NCBI GenBank assembly: GCA_047495785.1
Contig: JBLDXI010000007.1
Span: 992,001 to 1,056,000, forward strand
DNA from: Lepidodermella squamata
Taxonomy: Eukaryota; Animalia; Gastrotricha
DNA length: 64,000 bases
Direction of reading: 5' to 3'
Part shown: positions 23,487-36,310 of the stretch, piece after piece
Position numbering within the stretch: the first letter of the stretch is position 1
Layout: each line of letters begins with the position of its first letter
Translations under genes and position numbers: made by a program
The notes under the pieces: generated by a model
What the model saw: the letters and a program-made list of their open reading frames with translations, nothing else
Database searches by the model: none
Told to the model about the DNA's origin: nothing

Positions 23487-24855
23487 GGTTATTTGTTCGA
23501 AGCTCAAATAATATCTGAGTTATTTAGAGTCAAATCAGATTTGACCTGCAAAGTAAATATCTATACAATTATATATTAGGATTTTGGCACTATGAATGTT
23601 GGTTATCGTTGGACTTTTTAGTAATAACCCGATAAAATATTTATTCACACTAGACTAGGTTGATAAAACGTGCTTGGGTACTCGGGTTCTTGATAAGCAA
23701 GAGTTCAAGGCGTGAACTCACCTCATAATAGGTGACATTAATAGTCGATTCGGTTAAAAATAAAACGGGTAAATTCAACATTTGATATCATCTGTACTGT
23801 TTTTATTACCAATTATTTGTGTGGGGGTGTGGGGTAAACCTTTGCCACGAAAGTCACCTCGTTGCCGACTTCACACAAAAATGTTTTTCTCTCCAATTTA
23901 GTTGCGGGACCTTTTTTACTACATTAACTTTTGATGTCCAGGAAAATGGCCTTCGTTTGACATTGATTTGAATCGTCAGCCGGTCGATTTTAGACATTAA
24001 GATATCGTCTCCAGCGCGTGATACGCGGCTTTCTAGCTCAGTACACTTATATATATTAGTGGATTTGTATTGTAAAATATGCGTAGCGTTTTTTTAGCGA
24101 TGTTTACATTACTAACCAATGCACCCAACTTATTACTGTAACATTGCATATATCGAAAGGCGCATTGCATAGGCGAAATCATGATCACGGTGAAAACGTG
24201 ATTATCACCGATAATGATATTCTGCCGTTTTTGAACTGGTCTCAGATCTGACACGTGTAAACATCGATTAGACTCAATATTTTGTGATAGGCAGGAATAG
24301 CTTAGAGCTTGTGGTATTAGCAATTTACTCAATTGACATTATTTCTAGGAAAGATACTCATCTCGTGAAAAAAACTGCTTGAAATTCTTCGTTATCTCTG
24401 ATCTCTATGGAGGGAAGTCCAGTCGCAGCCTCCACTTTTGCAGTCAGTATTCTGAGAGGGATGCTGAAATTGCAATGAAGAGCTACATGCAGGCGCGATG
24501 TCAGATTCTCGGATTCTCAGATTCAAGAGCCTGATCGTGTTGCACGATCGTGAAGCAGCATGACGCAGCGTTTCCCAAACCGTGTCCTATAGGAGACTCG
24601 TTTACTATGCCAACTTTCATGAGTCGGTGTCCTATGGGCCTCAAAATGACAAAAGGACAAGAATAGATCCACATAGAAACGACGCATTTTTGGACCGTTT
24701 GCAGACTCAAAATCGAGAAAAAACCGTCAGCTGAAGCTCGCCCTCTTCGCGAGTCTCCTATTCTATGAATAATTTTATGGAATGCATTGTTATAAGCACG
24801 TTACAGACTGTAATTTCATAATTAAGAACGAAAACTCCAAAAACCCCGAGGCATT

Positions 24856-26166
24856 CCCATATCGGCACGAAGCTGATGAACGGAGGTGAACGGCTATTTG
24901 ACACATGCGAACGGAGATGAACTTTTTAGACACAAGGTGAACGGACGTGAACAAGCAAACGAACATTTGTTCACCCCCGTTCACGTTGCATGCTACGTGA
25001 ACGGATCTGAAAAAATAACAGCCAGCCGGCAAAGAGGTGAACCTAAGTGAAAGTTTTTGTAGGCTGATAATACGCTGCTAAATTTTAGCGGGAAAACTGT
25101 CGTGAGGTGAACTGAGCAGAACTAAGCCCACCCCGAGCAGCAAGTTCACGATTTTTGTGAAAAACTGCCAAGTTCGAGTGAGAAAATCATGAACATGCCA
25201 TTTTTGCCAACTTTCACCTTCTATCCGTAACTTGCTGCTGTTTTTGAAAAAACAACTGGAAGTTCAAGCCATGGCACATAGGAATCGCACTGCGAAACTG
25301 TCTACTTTTGGAGGATTCTAACCCATGCGAAGCTAATAAATTTTTAGTTGGACAAAATCGCCTTGCCAATTTAGCTCAGTGGAATTGATTTTCCCTCTTA
25401 AAAGTTCAATAACCGTAAGAAATAATAAGTTCAGCAGGTGCATAACCAGGATAATTTTATGGTAATTGTTATCGATCTGAGAGTGAAATTTTCATTTTCC
25501 CCAGGAGAATCCAAGATCGGCAACACGTATTTCCAAGGTATTTTAGACATCCAGACTGGCCTTATTGGGCCATCCGACGGTACCTTGCTCATGGCGTCTT
25601 TCTCCCGCCGGACTTGGGCCGATTTGGCCGATTTGAAAGTGGCCCTACTGTTCGTAGTCATACACAGTTGATGTTAAGTACCAACAATTCACTGGCCAAT
25701 TTCCAGCCCGTAGAAATTAGAGTCAATTGAGTGAACTCAGAGCTAATAGAATCTAACCGCTGACTCATTTACTTAAGAATGCGCGTGATTGTGTGATAAT
25801 TGCTTAAACAATGTGCCAGCGTGCGTACCAGTAGCTCAAATGAGCAAGTCGGTTTCAGTGCAATCATTGAAGAGAGTACAAGTAGCAAGCAATGTATGGA
25901 GCAGCTGAGTGGCGCAGTGGATAAAGAGGCAAGGCGGAAAGTGAGAGTTACAAATTAGGGCTGTGGTTCGATTCCCTAAGCCGTTCAATGGGAAGATTCT
26001 CTTTTTTTATTTTGTTCCATAATTTTGGTGAACGAAGATGAACCAGACAAGCTGAACCGAGGTGAACCAAAACAGGTGAACGGAGGGGTCATAACTTTTT
26101 ATTTCGCCCATCCGTTCACCTCCCTATTTCGTTCATCTCCGTTCACCAGTTTCGTGCCGATATGGG
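24856..26166. mobile_element. Non-autonomous TIR element (CMC/EnSpm-like, CCC...GGG ends)
   Basis: TIR CCCATATCGGCACGAA at both ends, subterminal GTGAAC/GTTCAC repeats, 2-bp TT flanks. Confidence 0.7.
25901..25985 (+). pseudogene. tRNA-derived (SINE-head-like) sequence
   Basis: A box TGGCGCAGTGG and B box GGTTCGATTCC but no cloverleaf or anticodon arm. Confidence 0.5.
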
Positions 26167-28447
26167 TTGTCTCGTTTTTGAGATGCTATACGTCGTTTTC
26201 AGTGTCGAATTCAAAAAATGTCCTCGCTTCGCTTGTGTTTACACGTGGAATATTCGATGGATCTATTTCGAGCTAGGTTGTCATCAAAAATCAATTTGAA
26301 CAAGTAGGTAATCAATTTGTAGCTCAAAAATTTTACCAATTCTCAACCAATTTGCATTCATTTTACCAAGGTGCCCTACGAGCCATTATCATAGAACAAT
26401 GATGTGTCATACGAGACAACAAGTTTGGGAACCGCTGGCATAAGGTTAGCTCAGCCCGATCCAGGGGAGGAAAAATATCATTTCATATTTGGTGTATAAC
26501 TTGGGCTAGGAATATCGTTTTTTTTAGGGCTGAAAACAGGCATCGACGGTTCTAGTGCTGAGCTATCACCGAGATGCGTCCAAATAGCAACAAGTACACA
26601 AATCGCGACACAATTGCGGTGATTAGTTCTGCATCGGCACTTCTCTTATATAATTTGCGCGTAATTCATCGGCCACATTATTGCAGAGAATTTGCTACGG
26701 AGTAGTTGCGTTACCAGCTCATTGTTTACGCCGTAAATGGCTCCAGATGCGCACAAATCATGAAGTTGCCGTCATGGAGTTGCTACTCATAAACATCATT
26801 TCCATTCTTACAGACGCATCCATTTCCTCTTTTTTTACCCAGATAACTACGCCACTTTTCTGCTAAGGCCTGCGAGTCTAGTCAAAGAAAAAGTAATTTT
26901 TGTCGCTTTCAGACCAATTTCGATTGCGATTCCGGTGAATTACATATCTCTAATTATCAGCGTGATAAGCCCTTTCTAGCCATGTGAATACCAATGCCTT
27001 ACTTTTTAAAATTGTTCTTTGAAATCACGAAAATGATTTTTATTGATAAATTGTAGATCGCTGTCAATCTTCGCCCAATCATCCCGGGAAGATAATGAAA
27101 ATAAGCTACAAATAATTCTCCGAATTTTATTTGCCAAAACGTTGCTTGGCAACTATGCTGCTGCCTACATTTTTCCGAATTCTTAAAGTGGTCTTCCTTT
27201 TGAATCGATTGACCTTACCAACTGATCGATTTTTAGTCTCGAGATTTCGAGCCTAATTATCTTGAAATTATGAGGCCAGTGTGCCAGGAGGGATGGGGTG
27301 TATCCTCCACTTTAAAGCTTTTACGAGAATCGATGGTTTTCAAGTCCTGTATATCGAGAAAAATAGCCGTGAAAACTTGTTCTATTTTTGCGTGTAGAAT
27401 GCTCATTTGAAGATGCGCTTGGCGTAAATCTCACCGATGAATTATCTGCTTTTATCTTTGCCTCATACAGCGTGTCCGCGAATTAGCGCGACAATTTTTC
27501 AATTTGGCAACTTTTTGTGAGAAATTCGAATAATATTTTTTTCTAAATTAAACCTAACGAGGGAATATTCTGTCGGCACGGCGTAGACACGAAACAACAA
27601 ACGCGACAAAACAGCGGAACCAATAACAGCACGCGACGAAACAGCGTAAACCACGGAACAGCGTGAAAAATATATATGTAATAGTACACACTAAGAGCGC
27701 GCGAACGCGACAAAACAGCATAAACACTATAAACAGCGACCCATTTGTTTTATTATTATTTATTTTAATCGGAAAACTGATGCGCCTCTTGCTACGCTCT
27801 TGAGCTAAAATTTAAGGTGGATCTCAAGTAAACTCCTTCTTTCTAAATCAATCGTTACTGTATTACCGCGCTTGCTTGGTCATGCCGTTATCTTTTTTGG
27901 CTCGATTGTCACGTCGCAATATTCCAGTTAAAACGACACCGCCTGAAAGCGATGTTCGTTTTCTTTTGCCTGTGAATGAAAGTTACCTAGCTATAACGAT
28001 ACCTCGACGTGGCTCCGGCATCTTGGGCCGGCTCGTGTCAGAGTATGGCGGCATTGAAATTACAGGCTCTCGCGTATTTTTTACCTGGGTCAGAATAAAG
28101 TGATAATACTACATAAAAATTTCAGGTTTAGCGATGCATCTTAGTCTTTACTACCTTGAGCCATCGACACGCGAGTGCGCGCGAGTGCGCGCGAGTGAGA
28201 CAGGCGGCGGGCCCCCCACAGCGTGTGCAAATAGTATGTAGCACGCGGTCAACCGACCGACCGCGCTTCTACTATTGTATACCTAGTCGACTTTATCCGC
28301 CTTAATCATTTTTAGTTGGAGTTTAAGTCGCTGTTGAAGTGGTTTTTCCGGTTTTAGTATTTGTAATTGCCAACTTGAAAGGTCTAATAAGCCGCCTAAT
28401 TAATCCCTACTAATACTGATTCCGCAATGACTACTTTAGTTATTAAA

Positions 28448-31400
28448 CCCATATAATCCCAGTATGCATTATAATGCGTTTGTATATTTATAGAGCCACA
28501 AACTGCCAGAGCATTGCAAAACGCATGATTTAGGTGTCGATTGATAGCTGAAAAACTACTTCATAAGTTTGGGCACTTTTTATTAGGCATTGCGTATTTT
28601 ATCAAGAGCTATAGATATTAGAAAATCGATAATCGCCAAAAATCGATTTGTGATCTTCGATTTATCGGAATCGATATTTACATGCAAGCAATCCTGGTAA
28701 AACATTAGGATATCTTACAGCATACGATTTCAGGATTATTTTCATATAAAAAACATTATTGTATGAGGAATGGCTAATTAATGGCGATATCGAAATCGAT
28801 CATGCAGTAAACTGCACACTGGGTACTAAAGGGAGCGTAAGACAAAGTAAGCAAATCAACAAGATCAAACAAGAAAAAAAATCAGAATCGGTCAAAATCA
28901 TGGCGTTTAAGGAATTAAATGAAATTCTGAGAAGTGCGGAATGCAAAGGCCTACATCGCACGTCGTGCAATGGTATGCTGAACGGCGATTGCAACCTGGA
29001 AAAGCGCAATTTCTCATTCTATGACCTTCGTTGAACGCAACCAGGTGGCGCTTCTCGGCGAGTCGAACTTCGTTTGGCACTCTAAACTTATTAGACCGAT
29101 GAACAACAACTTGCAAAGCATTCCGTTCAGGTGGCGTTCCGTATCTGCCAAGATAGAAATTGACCAGACGTCTCCGGAAGTCGAGCAAGGGCGCAGAGCT
29201 GGCGTCTTTCCGGGTCCGTGATCGATAGAGGATCCAGGCGTTTTGAATAGCTACTTCCAATAGCCAAGTGAATAGAGCCCAGTACCATTTTTTTGACCTG
29301 ATGCTGGTCCTGTAATAAAAAAAGCAATGACGGAATAATTATAAGCCCGTTAATTTTACCTGTAGTAAGATATATTCTGATCCATTCTGTCTGTTCCACC
29401 CATTGCTTCGTTGTATTTGCTTATGGCGAACGGCTGTAAAATATTAATACGTCTGCCGTGCTCTTGGCTCCAACGCTTCACAGATTGAAAGGGCTTTGTA
29501 CCATATTTGCTGCTGCTAACAGTGACGACAGCGTTGTCCATCCACCGAATGAAGACAGTACCGGATTCGCGATGAACGCGGGAATCCATGGACCCTCGTG
29601 GCATTTTCTTCATTTCCGCCTTGGGCTTAAGGGGACAATTTGCTAGCATATTGTCTCTAATTGTGCCTGTGTGATGGCACCCACGAGCGTAAAGCTCCTG
29701 CGTTAGAGCAAGACGAGTAAAGTAGTTATCAGTGTAAATATGATAAAAGTTAGGCCGAGCAGCCAGAAGATTAGCGACAAGATCTAGTACAACATTACCG
29801 CCAAGACCGAACTTTTTGAGGGCAACAGGGTCCGACCGTGACCAAAGGCCCTGATAGAAGTCAAAATTGATGAGATACCCGTTTGGGGCATTCAAACAGA
29901 ATGCTTTATAGCCAAAACGTATTGGTTTGCCTCGTATAAATTGTTTACATGGATGTCGCCCGAAATACGGAGCCATCGATTCGTCGACGTCCAAGTTTTC
30001 GAATCGCTGCCATTCGAATTGAGCAAGAAATCGATTGTTCAACAAATCCATAAGTTCCCTTATCTTGCCATAACTGAAAAATATTTCCCGAAAATTTATA
30101 GAAAAATTCTCAATTATTATTTATTCGAGAATTACCGATCATTTTGAGGTAGGTTGTCGTTGTCAGCAAAGTGTAAATTCGCCATGATTTCGTCAAACCG
30201 GTTCCGGCGCATAGCCTGAGCAACAGCGTTATTTCTAAGGTCACTGTCGATCGACCAATAATTGTGGCGCCGAGGGAGGACAGAATAGCCGGAGAGCATC
30301 AGTATAGCAAAGAAGCATCGAAGTTCAGCAGCATCAGTTGTAAATGTTAGACCTTTGCTCCGAGCGTAGTCGTTGGAATACTTGACCACCATCGCCATCA
30401 CTTTATCGTCCCAAAACAGTTCGAACAACTTGACTTCGAGTGGTACATCTGACGGCTGATCATCTTCATCAGGATCATCACCAGGGTCACCACCATCTGG
30501 ATTTCGCCGAAAATCAGCTAGAGAGGAGCAGGTTGGCTTGTCGCCGATCGAGAACGAGGCTGCTGTTGGCTTTGATTTGTTCGGAACAGCCTTGCGCCGC
30601 TTCGTGGGCACACAGTTTTCATCGTCTTCGCTGTCAGAATCGCCGTGTCCGCTTTCGCTAGTGTCATCATCGCGATGTGTAGTTGAATAACGTGCGCAAG
30701 TTCTTCGAGGGCGAGTTTCTTGGATAGGGGTACTTTCAGGTTGGCGCTCGGTAAACGGCGTCCTTTCGGCTTGCGTAGCAACGGCGGCTCTTTCTTCATC
30801 GGTAAGGGACGAAAGCACTTTCCGGCGTCGTTGGCGAAGACCGGAATTAGTTACATTCGGGCCTAATATTGGAGACGGCAAATTGAAAGGCAATCATTTC
30901 AAAAAAGACTCACCTATTTGCTGGATCGATGGGGTCTTGTTACTGCTCGGATTGTTGCCAGGTAGCTGTTCAGGGAGCGAATCAATATCGGGTTCAATGC
31001 GTTCGTTGTTAACGAATACGACCTCAGCTGGAGCGAGAAGAAGTCGGGGAGGTAAATTGTCAATAACCCCGCCACCGTCTTCTTCGCCTGAGTCAACATC
31101 GCTTGTAGAGCCGTTGCCTGGCGGCAAGACGTAAATGCTTTCAACCCGTTCATCGCCTTCGCCCGGTATGTCTTCATCGAGCATATCCAAGACCTCTTGG
31201 AGAGTGAACTTCTTTACCGCCGTAATGGCGACAATTAAAGACCATAAGACTAACAAGGTTTTAAGATTCATTTATTACAATAGTATGAATTTTAAGTTAC
31301 TCTGAACGAATAGTGACATGCTATTGACCTTGGTGCCGACATTGGGTGTCAAGAAATGTTGACACTGTGGCACCATGTGCTCTGAAGCACGTGGCAAACA

Positions 31401-31653
31401 GTTTTCCTACTCGTTTTTATCTTAAAATTCCCTCCAGGTGTCATTCAACGTGACTTTCTGCTCAACTCACTAATATTAGGTTGACGTACCCTGTCTATCC
31501 CAGTATGCAGTATACTGCATGGTGTCAAAATGACGTAATCACTACATCAAACGAAAGTCCTAATTTTTATAAGCAATATTTACAATAGCATCGACTTATT
31601 AGTTCTGCAGCATTTTTAGATATAATAATAAATAGGTTGTGGGAAATGATGGG
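28448..31653 (-). mobile_element. piggyBac-like transposon
   Basis: CCCAT..CCCA imperfect TIRs, TTAA at 31654-31657 (left flank TTAAA), internal palindromic TGCAGTATACTGCA-type repeats near 28800 and 31500. Confidence 0.85.
28907..31271 (-). CDS. piggyBac transposase, 4 exons (introns 30863-30913, 30074-30135, 29310-29359)
   Basis: LDVDESM, YTDNYF, GGTDRMDQ catalytic Asp motifs; KPIRFGYK; C-terminal Cys-rich domain CAFPGC..CTTCDVGLC..H; all three GT-AG introns restore frame. Confidence 0.9.
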
Positions 31654-32712
31654 TTAACCAATTAATTTATTGAGTAATAAAGCGCGGTGTTTCTAAGCTA
31701 TGCTGTTTATTCAATAGCAACAGCTGTTTCCGCTCTTCGCTGTTTTGTCGCGTTTTAAGTAATAATAATACTTTTCAACGCTGTTTTGTCGCGTTTAGTC
31801 TTATTCGCTGTTCCGTCGCACTCTGTTACGTCGCAAGTGGTAATTTCGCTGTTTTGTCGCGTTCGCTGTTTCGTGACTACGCTGTTTTGACGATCTGCCA
31901 TTCTATCTTTTAACCGCGATATAACCGATAAATAAAAATTTACCGGAGAAAAATTCGGGAAACCCCGATGGTAACTGGCTCGGTATTTTTAAGTACAGTA
32001 AAAGTTGTGTAAACCGGACTAGCAGCGCGCCAGGCAAAATCGTCCGGTTTAGAGCAAATCCGGTCTAAACGGCCACCGGACTTGGCCCGGCTTAGGAAAT
32101 CAAAGTCTAAATTTGCGCTTGGATAACGATTAATTACGGTTAATAGCAGATTTAAGAAATGAAAATCAAATTATATTTCCTGCCCCATCGGCACCAGTTC
32201 GAACCTGGTCGAATACATTTTGTTTAGCCGAAGCTAGTCGAGGAACGGTTTGCATGGTCGAACGTGGGCGAACGTATTGAGATGTGGTCAAACGATTTCG
32301 GGCATGGACGAACGTGGCCTAACAATTTTTGACATAATTGTGCTTGGTCGAACTAATATCTCATATCGTAACTTTTATCTACGGGTGGCCAAAAAATTCC
32401 GCAGAAGGCGAATTCGGTTTGTATTTTATCCGGTTGGACCTAATTCCTAATCACCGGACTTTTTTAAACCCATTATTCTCGTTATTTCTTTTCAATTTTT
32501 CTGAATTTTTCTGACCGTGAGATGTGACTTCGTGTCTGATTTTAGAGTTTCTGAATGTTTTTTCCGTTTATTTTCTTCGCTTGCGTTACTTTTGGGACAT
32601 GATGTAGTTCTTCCTCAAAAAAGAGAGTGATGCGGCCAAGTTTCCCCACTTCGTCTCGATCATTTCATCGGTTTCGTTATTTTTATTTGAGAAGGTTTTC
32701 GGCTGCGCTCTG

Positions 32713-33880
32713 TTGGCTATAGCACAAGCAACTTCACGTGATGCGTCACTTGGTTCAACTCAGCCAGTGCAGTCGGACATTGAATTTACCTGTGACAGTT
32801 GTTTCAAAGAGTGCGACTTGAAAAAGGAACTACAGGCGCACAAGCGCTTCTCGACAAACTGCAGAACATCATCAATCAGTATATCTGACCACGTTAGTTT
32901 TCCCACTTCAAACAGCCCCGCTTTTCAAGCTGCCAGCCTCATTCCACGAGGACATCGATCGACTTGACAGAGGTGCAGTGAAGCTACCCAAGGACACGCC
33001 TTCAGCGTTCTCATAGGCCACCAAGAAATGGTGCGGGCTCGGCGTCATGCGAGCGAAATGGGACGCATTCATTCAACACTACTCGACCTGCACGAAATAG
33101 GCAAAACTCAACAACCCGCACTTGACTATCTGTCGAGTTTAGCGAATCGCACAAGGGTCGGGGCATCGAGCTCTGTAAAGAAGTTCCCTCGTGCAACAAA
33201 TGGGTGACGAGCAAGGCAGGACTATCGACAATCGACTTCACCATCACACTCAAGATGCGCGCAGACGTGTGCTCCAACCGAGCGAACCCAGGACGCACCG
33301 AAGGAACCCGTTGTCGCCACTGCGATAGCGAGACCGAAACCCTTCCCTACATCCTCGGAAACTGCGAATTTGGCAAGCTAATGAGGAACGCGCGTCACCA
33401 CCGCATCAGATCAACCATCGCCGCCGCCCTTGCGAAAAAGGGTTACAAAGTTAACGAGGAACTTGCTTGCACTACCGATGACGGCCAGCCGAAGCGGGTC
33501 GACATTCTCGCCTACAACATCGCCAGCAAGCAGGGTTGGATCATCGACCCAACCGTTCGTTTCGAACTAGGCGCCAGCCAGCCAGCGGATGTCGACGCCG
33601 AGAAGAAGCGTCACCGCGAGCCGTGCGTCTCGAACCTTCAGAAGCGATTCGATCTGGAATCAATCGAGGTCGTGGGACTAATGGTCGGTGCTCGTGGCCC
33701 CATTCCTCGTCAATTCGTCAACTTCCTAAAATGCTTTGAGCTCCCAACAACTACTGCCCACTGCCCACGACATCGTAATATCCGTGATCAAAGTCTCAAC
33801 GCGCATCGTGAACAACCACATTTACAACAGATGATGATGAAATAACCTTTTGTGTAAAATTGTATAAATTCTACTCAGTG
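32713..33880 (+). mobile_element. Degenerate, internally deleted RLE-type (R2/NeSL-like) non-LTR retrotransposon
   Basis: N-terminal zinc-finger-like FTCDSC..LQAHKR; CRHCDSETETLPYILGNC knuckle (His lost), RHHRI, RVDIL..IIDPTVRFE endonuclease; RT missing. Confidence 0.8.
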
Positions 33881-34883
33881 TCTTAAGGCAAATAATCACG
33901 GTGGTGATAACCTGATAAAGCTCAGTTTACCACAAGCTTAAAATAATGGCCCTTAGTTTAACATGCTGCCTAATTTTCCAATAAATGGCGGAAATCTCGA
34001 TTTTTCAAAATTTTCGTGTGGCTTTAGGCTTTAGTGATATGAATCTATGTTGTTCCGCCCTATATTTGTACGGTATGACATCGATGTGGTATCGATTGCA
34101 AGCTTACAAGAATATAAGTTGGCTTAGATTTGTTTTTAAACTTGGGGAACTTGAGGAAACTACCTTCGGAGTTGAGGGACCTTGAAAATCTACTTCAATC
34201 GAGGGAAGACTTGAGTACTTAGGACAGTGCTCCCTCAGCATTTTTGGCGGCCGGAAAGCCTTAACTCCGGCCACAGGTACGATTCGACCCTTCTCCGGCC
34301 AAGATCTAAGTAACTTTAACAAATGTTTGCCTGCGAAAGTACGATTGCGTTTAGGGGGGATTTGATCAATTTTCACTGGCTTTCATCGTCAACAAGAAAA
34401 ACAACCGTATTTGTTCCAATAGTAAAACCCATCCACCAATAATCGCTCATCCCTAATACAGATTTTTGGTGTATTGATACAGTCGTGTTTTTATAAATTA
34501 GTATTCAAACATTAATATAAACATCTCTGTTTTTTTATTTTAGGAACCTTTGTATCGAGTTTTACATGGAACGAGAAGACTTATCTCGTTACATGGCTAT
34601 GACATGGCCGAAGATGCTTGGCTATTCGAAGGCGAATTCCTCATGGCGGTTGATAACTTTATATGAGGTACAATTTGTGATTCTGATTTGACCGTCGATG
34701 GGGATTCAGAAGGAGGCTGATCAGCCCTTTCGCTTCATCCACTTCAGCGAATGCGGGAAATTCCCGTTTTGCAACGACAAAAACTGCAAGGAAGAAAGTT
34801 AGTTTGAATTTTGATTATTTGTTCTAGCCTTATTGCCTTAAATTCAATTTTAATTTTTATGCCATGTCCACTTATTTTCCCAG

Positions 34884-35715
34884 ATATTCCGACTTGTACA
34901 AAACGATGGCGGTGTCGTTTCTCTCAAAAGCCCATCGGCCTACGATTTCATTCGGCTTGGCGGCTTCATCCCGCTTCCTCATCGAACTACTCTAAACAAG
35001 ATTGTGCCTTACGAGTACAAGGCTGGCGTTCACAAGTCGGCTATGGCTGCGCTGGTTGGTGAAATCGACGATAACGCCAAGCCCTATTGATTTTTTGGCG
35101 TCGAAATCGACGTCGAATGGCGTCGAAGTTCCGGTCAATGGCAAAACCGAAGTCGTCGGCGATGGCATGGTCGTAAGCCGAGCTGCTGACAAACCGGATG
35201 AAACCGCTATTATAGCATCTGCATTATGTTGCGATTTGTCGAGTCGCCGTTTTTCTTTCCCGGTTGAATCAGGCATGCCGTCGGAAGAACTCGCGTCTTG
35301 TATTGGCGAAATCGTTTCCGAACTGGCTCAACACAACAGTCACGGGATGTGGCTAACGGCTAACGTTCGACGGCGACGGCAAGAATCGCGAACTTCGGAA
35401 CTATCTCGAAGAGAATCCGAGTATGAACGCCCGCGGTGAAGCTCTGGAACTGATTTTTGATGTTCCTCACTTGCTCAAGGTAAATTTAGAATTTTCCCTA
35501 ATTTTTCACGAATTTTACGAAATGTTCCCCCAACTTTCTCAAATTCATTGACCGAATTTTAATAAATTTTCTTAAATTTTCAGACTCTTCGCAACAACCT
35601 GACCAAGAAATCGTGGGAATTGGACGGCAATGGCTCGCAGTTCTACGCCAACGTCTTCGAAGAATATGATGATCCGGCAGGTTTGGACGATGCCCAATGC
35701 GATGATGAATCATAG
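34884..35715 (+). pseudogene. P-element/THAP9-family transposase pseudogene
   Basis: Across frameshifts and a stop: RYSDLYK..KSPSAYDFIR..PLPHRTTL, TFDGDGKN, IFDVPHLLK|TLRNNL (DxxH motif, joined across a GT-AG intron). Confidence 0.8.
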
Positions 35716-36096
35716 AAAGCGAAAACTGAGACAGTCGATTTATTTCTCCTCAAACCATGTTAGTGGTGATGGACCTCCGATGTCATTCCAGTTTCAGCTT
35801 TTTGTAAGAAAATAAAAACAGCTAAACGGTGAACTGATTAATTTAATGGGCCTTTCAATCGCATTTTAATATTCACACTTAATGAAGCTATCATCTTAAT
35901 TCTAACTGGAAGAAAAATCGCTGAGACCTGAGACGCGAATGAGATTCACATCAAATGTAGCGCTCGTGGAAACAGTCTTCGCGATATATCAATATATCGA
36001 TAGCTGCCTGGTAAAAATCGTCTTTTCTGCTTTCTGCAGCTATTTCACGCCACCAGTTACCAGAAAATCGACTTGAGGATACATTTTTATTCTCAA

Positions 36097-36310
36097 TTCA
36101 ACAGCGATTATTTCGGCATACAAAAAGTGTATACGCTATTTAACGGCGATTATTTCGGCATACAAAAAGTGTATACGCTATTCAATGGCGATTATTTCGG
36201 CATACAAAAAGCGTATATGATATTCAACAGGGATGATTTCAGTATACAAAAAGTGTATGCGCTATTCAACAGGATGATTTCAACATACAAAAAGTGTATA
36301 CGCTATTCAC
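36097..36310. repeat. ~42-bp minisatellite, ~5 copies
   Basis: Unit CAACAGCGATTATTTCGGCATACAAAAAGTGTATACGCTATT. Confidence 0.9.

Larger units (their letters stand above)
27575..31899. mobile_element. Foldback-type non-autonomous element (GG termini, 8-bp TSD; Merlin/MULE-like) hosting the piggyBac
   Basis: Arrays of ACGCGACAAAACAGCG at left and their reverse complement at right; GGCA...TGCC ends; TSD ATTCTGTC (27567-27574) / ATTCTATC (31900-31907). Confidence 0.7.

Noticed and set aside
28235-28290. GC hairpin followed by CTAG, Helitron 3'-end-like
   Set aside because: No matching 5' end or second copy in the window
36097-36310. Regular repeats resembling a CRISPR array
   Set aside because: Head-to-tail tandem units without unique spacers, no cas genes, eukaryotic context
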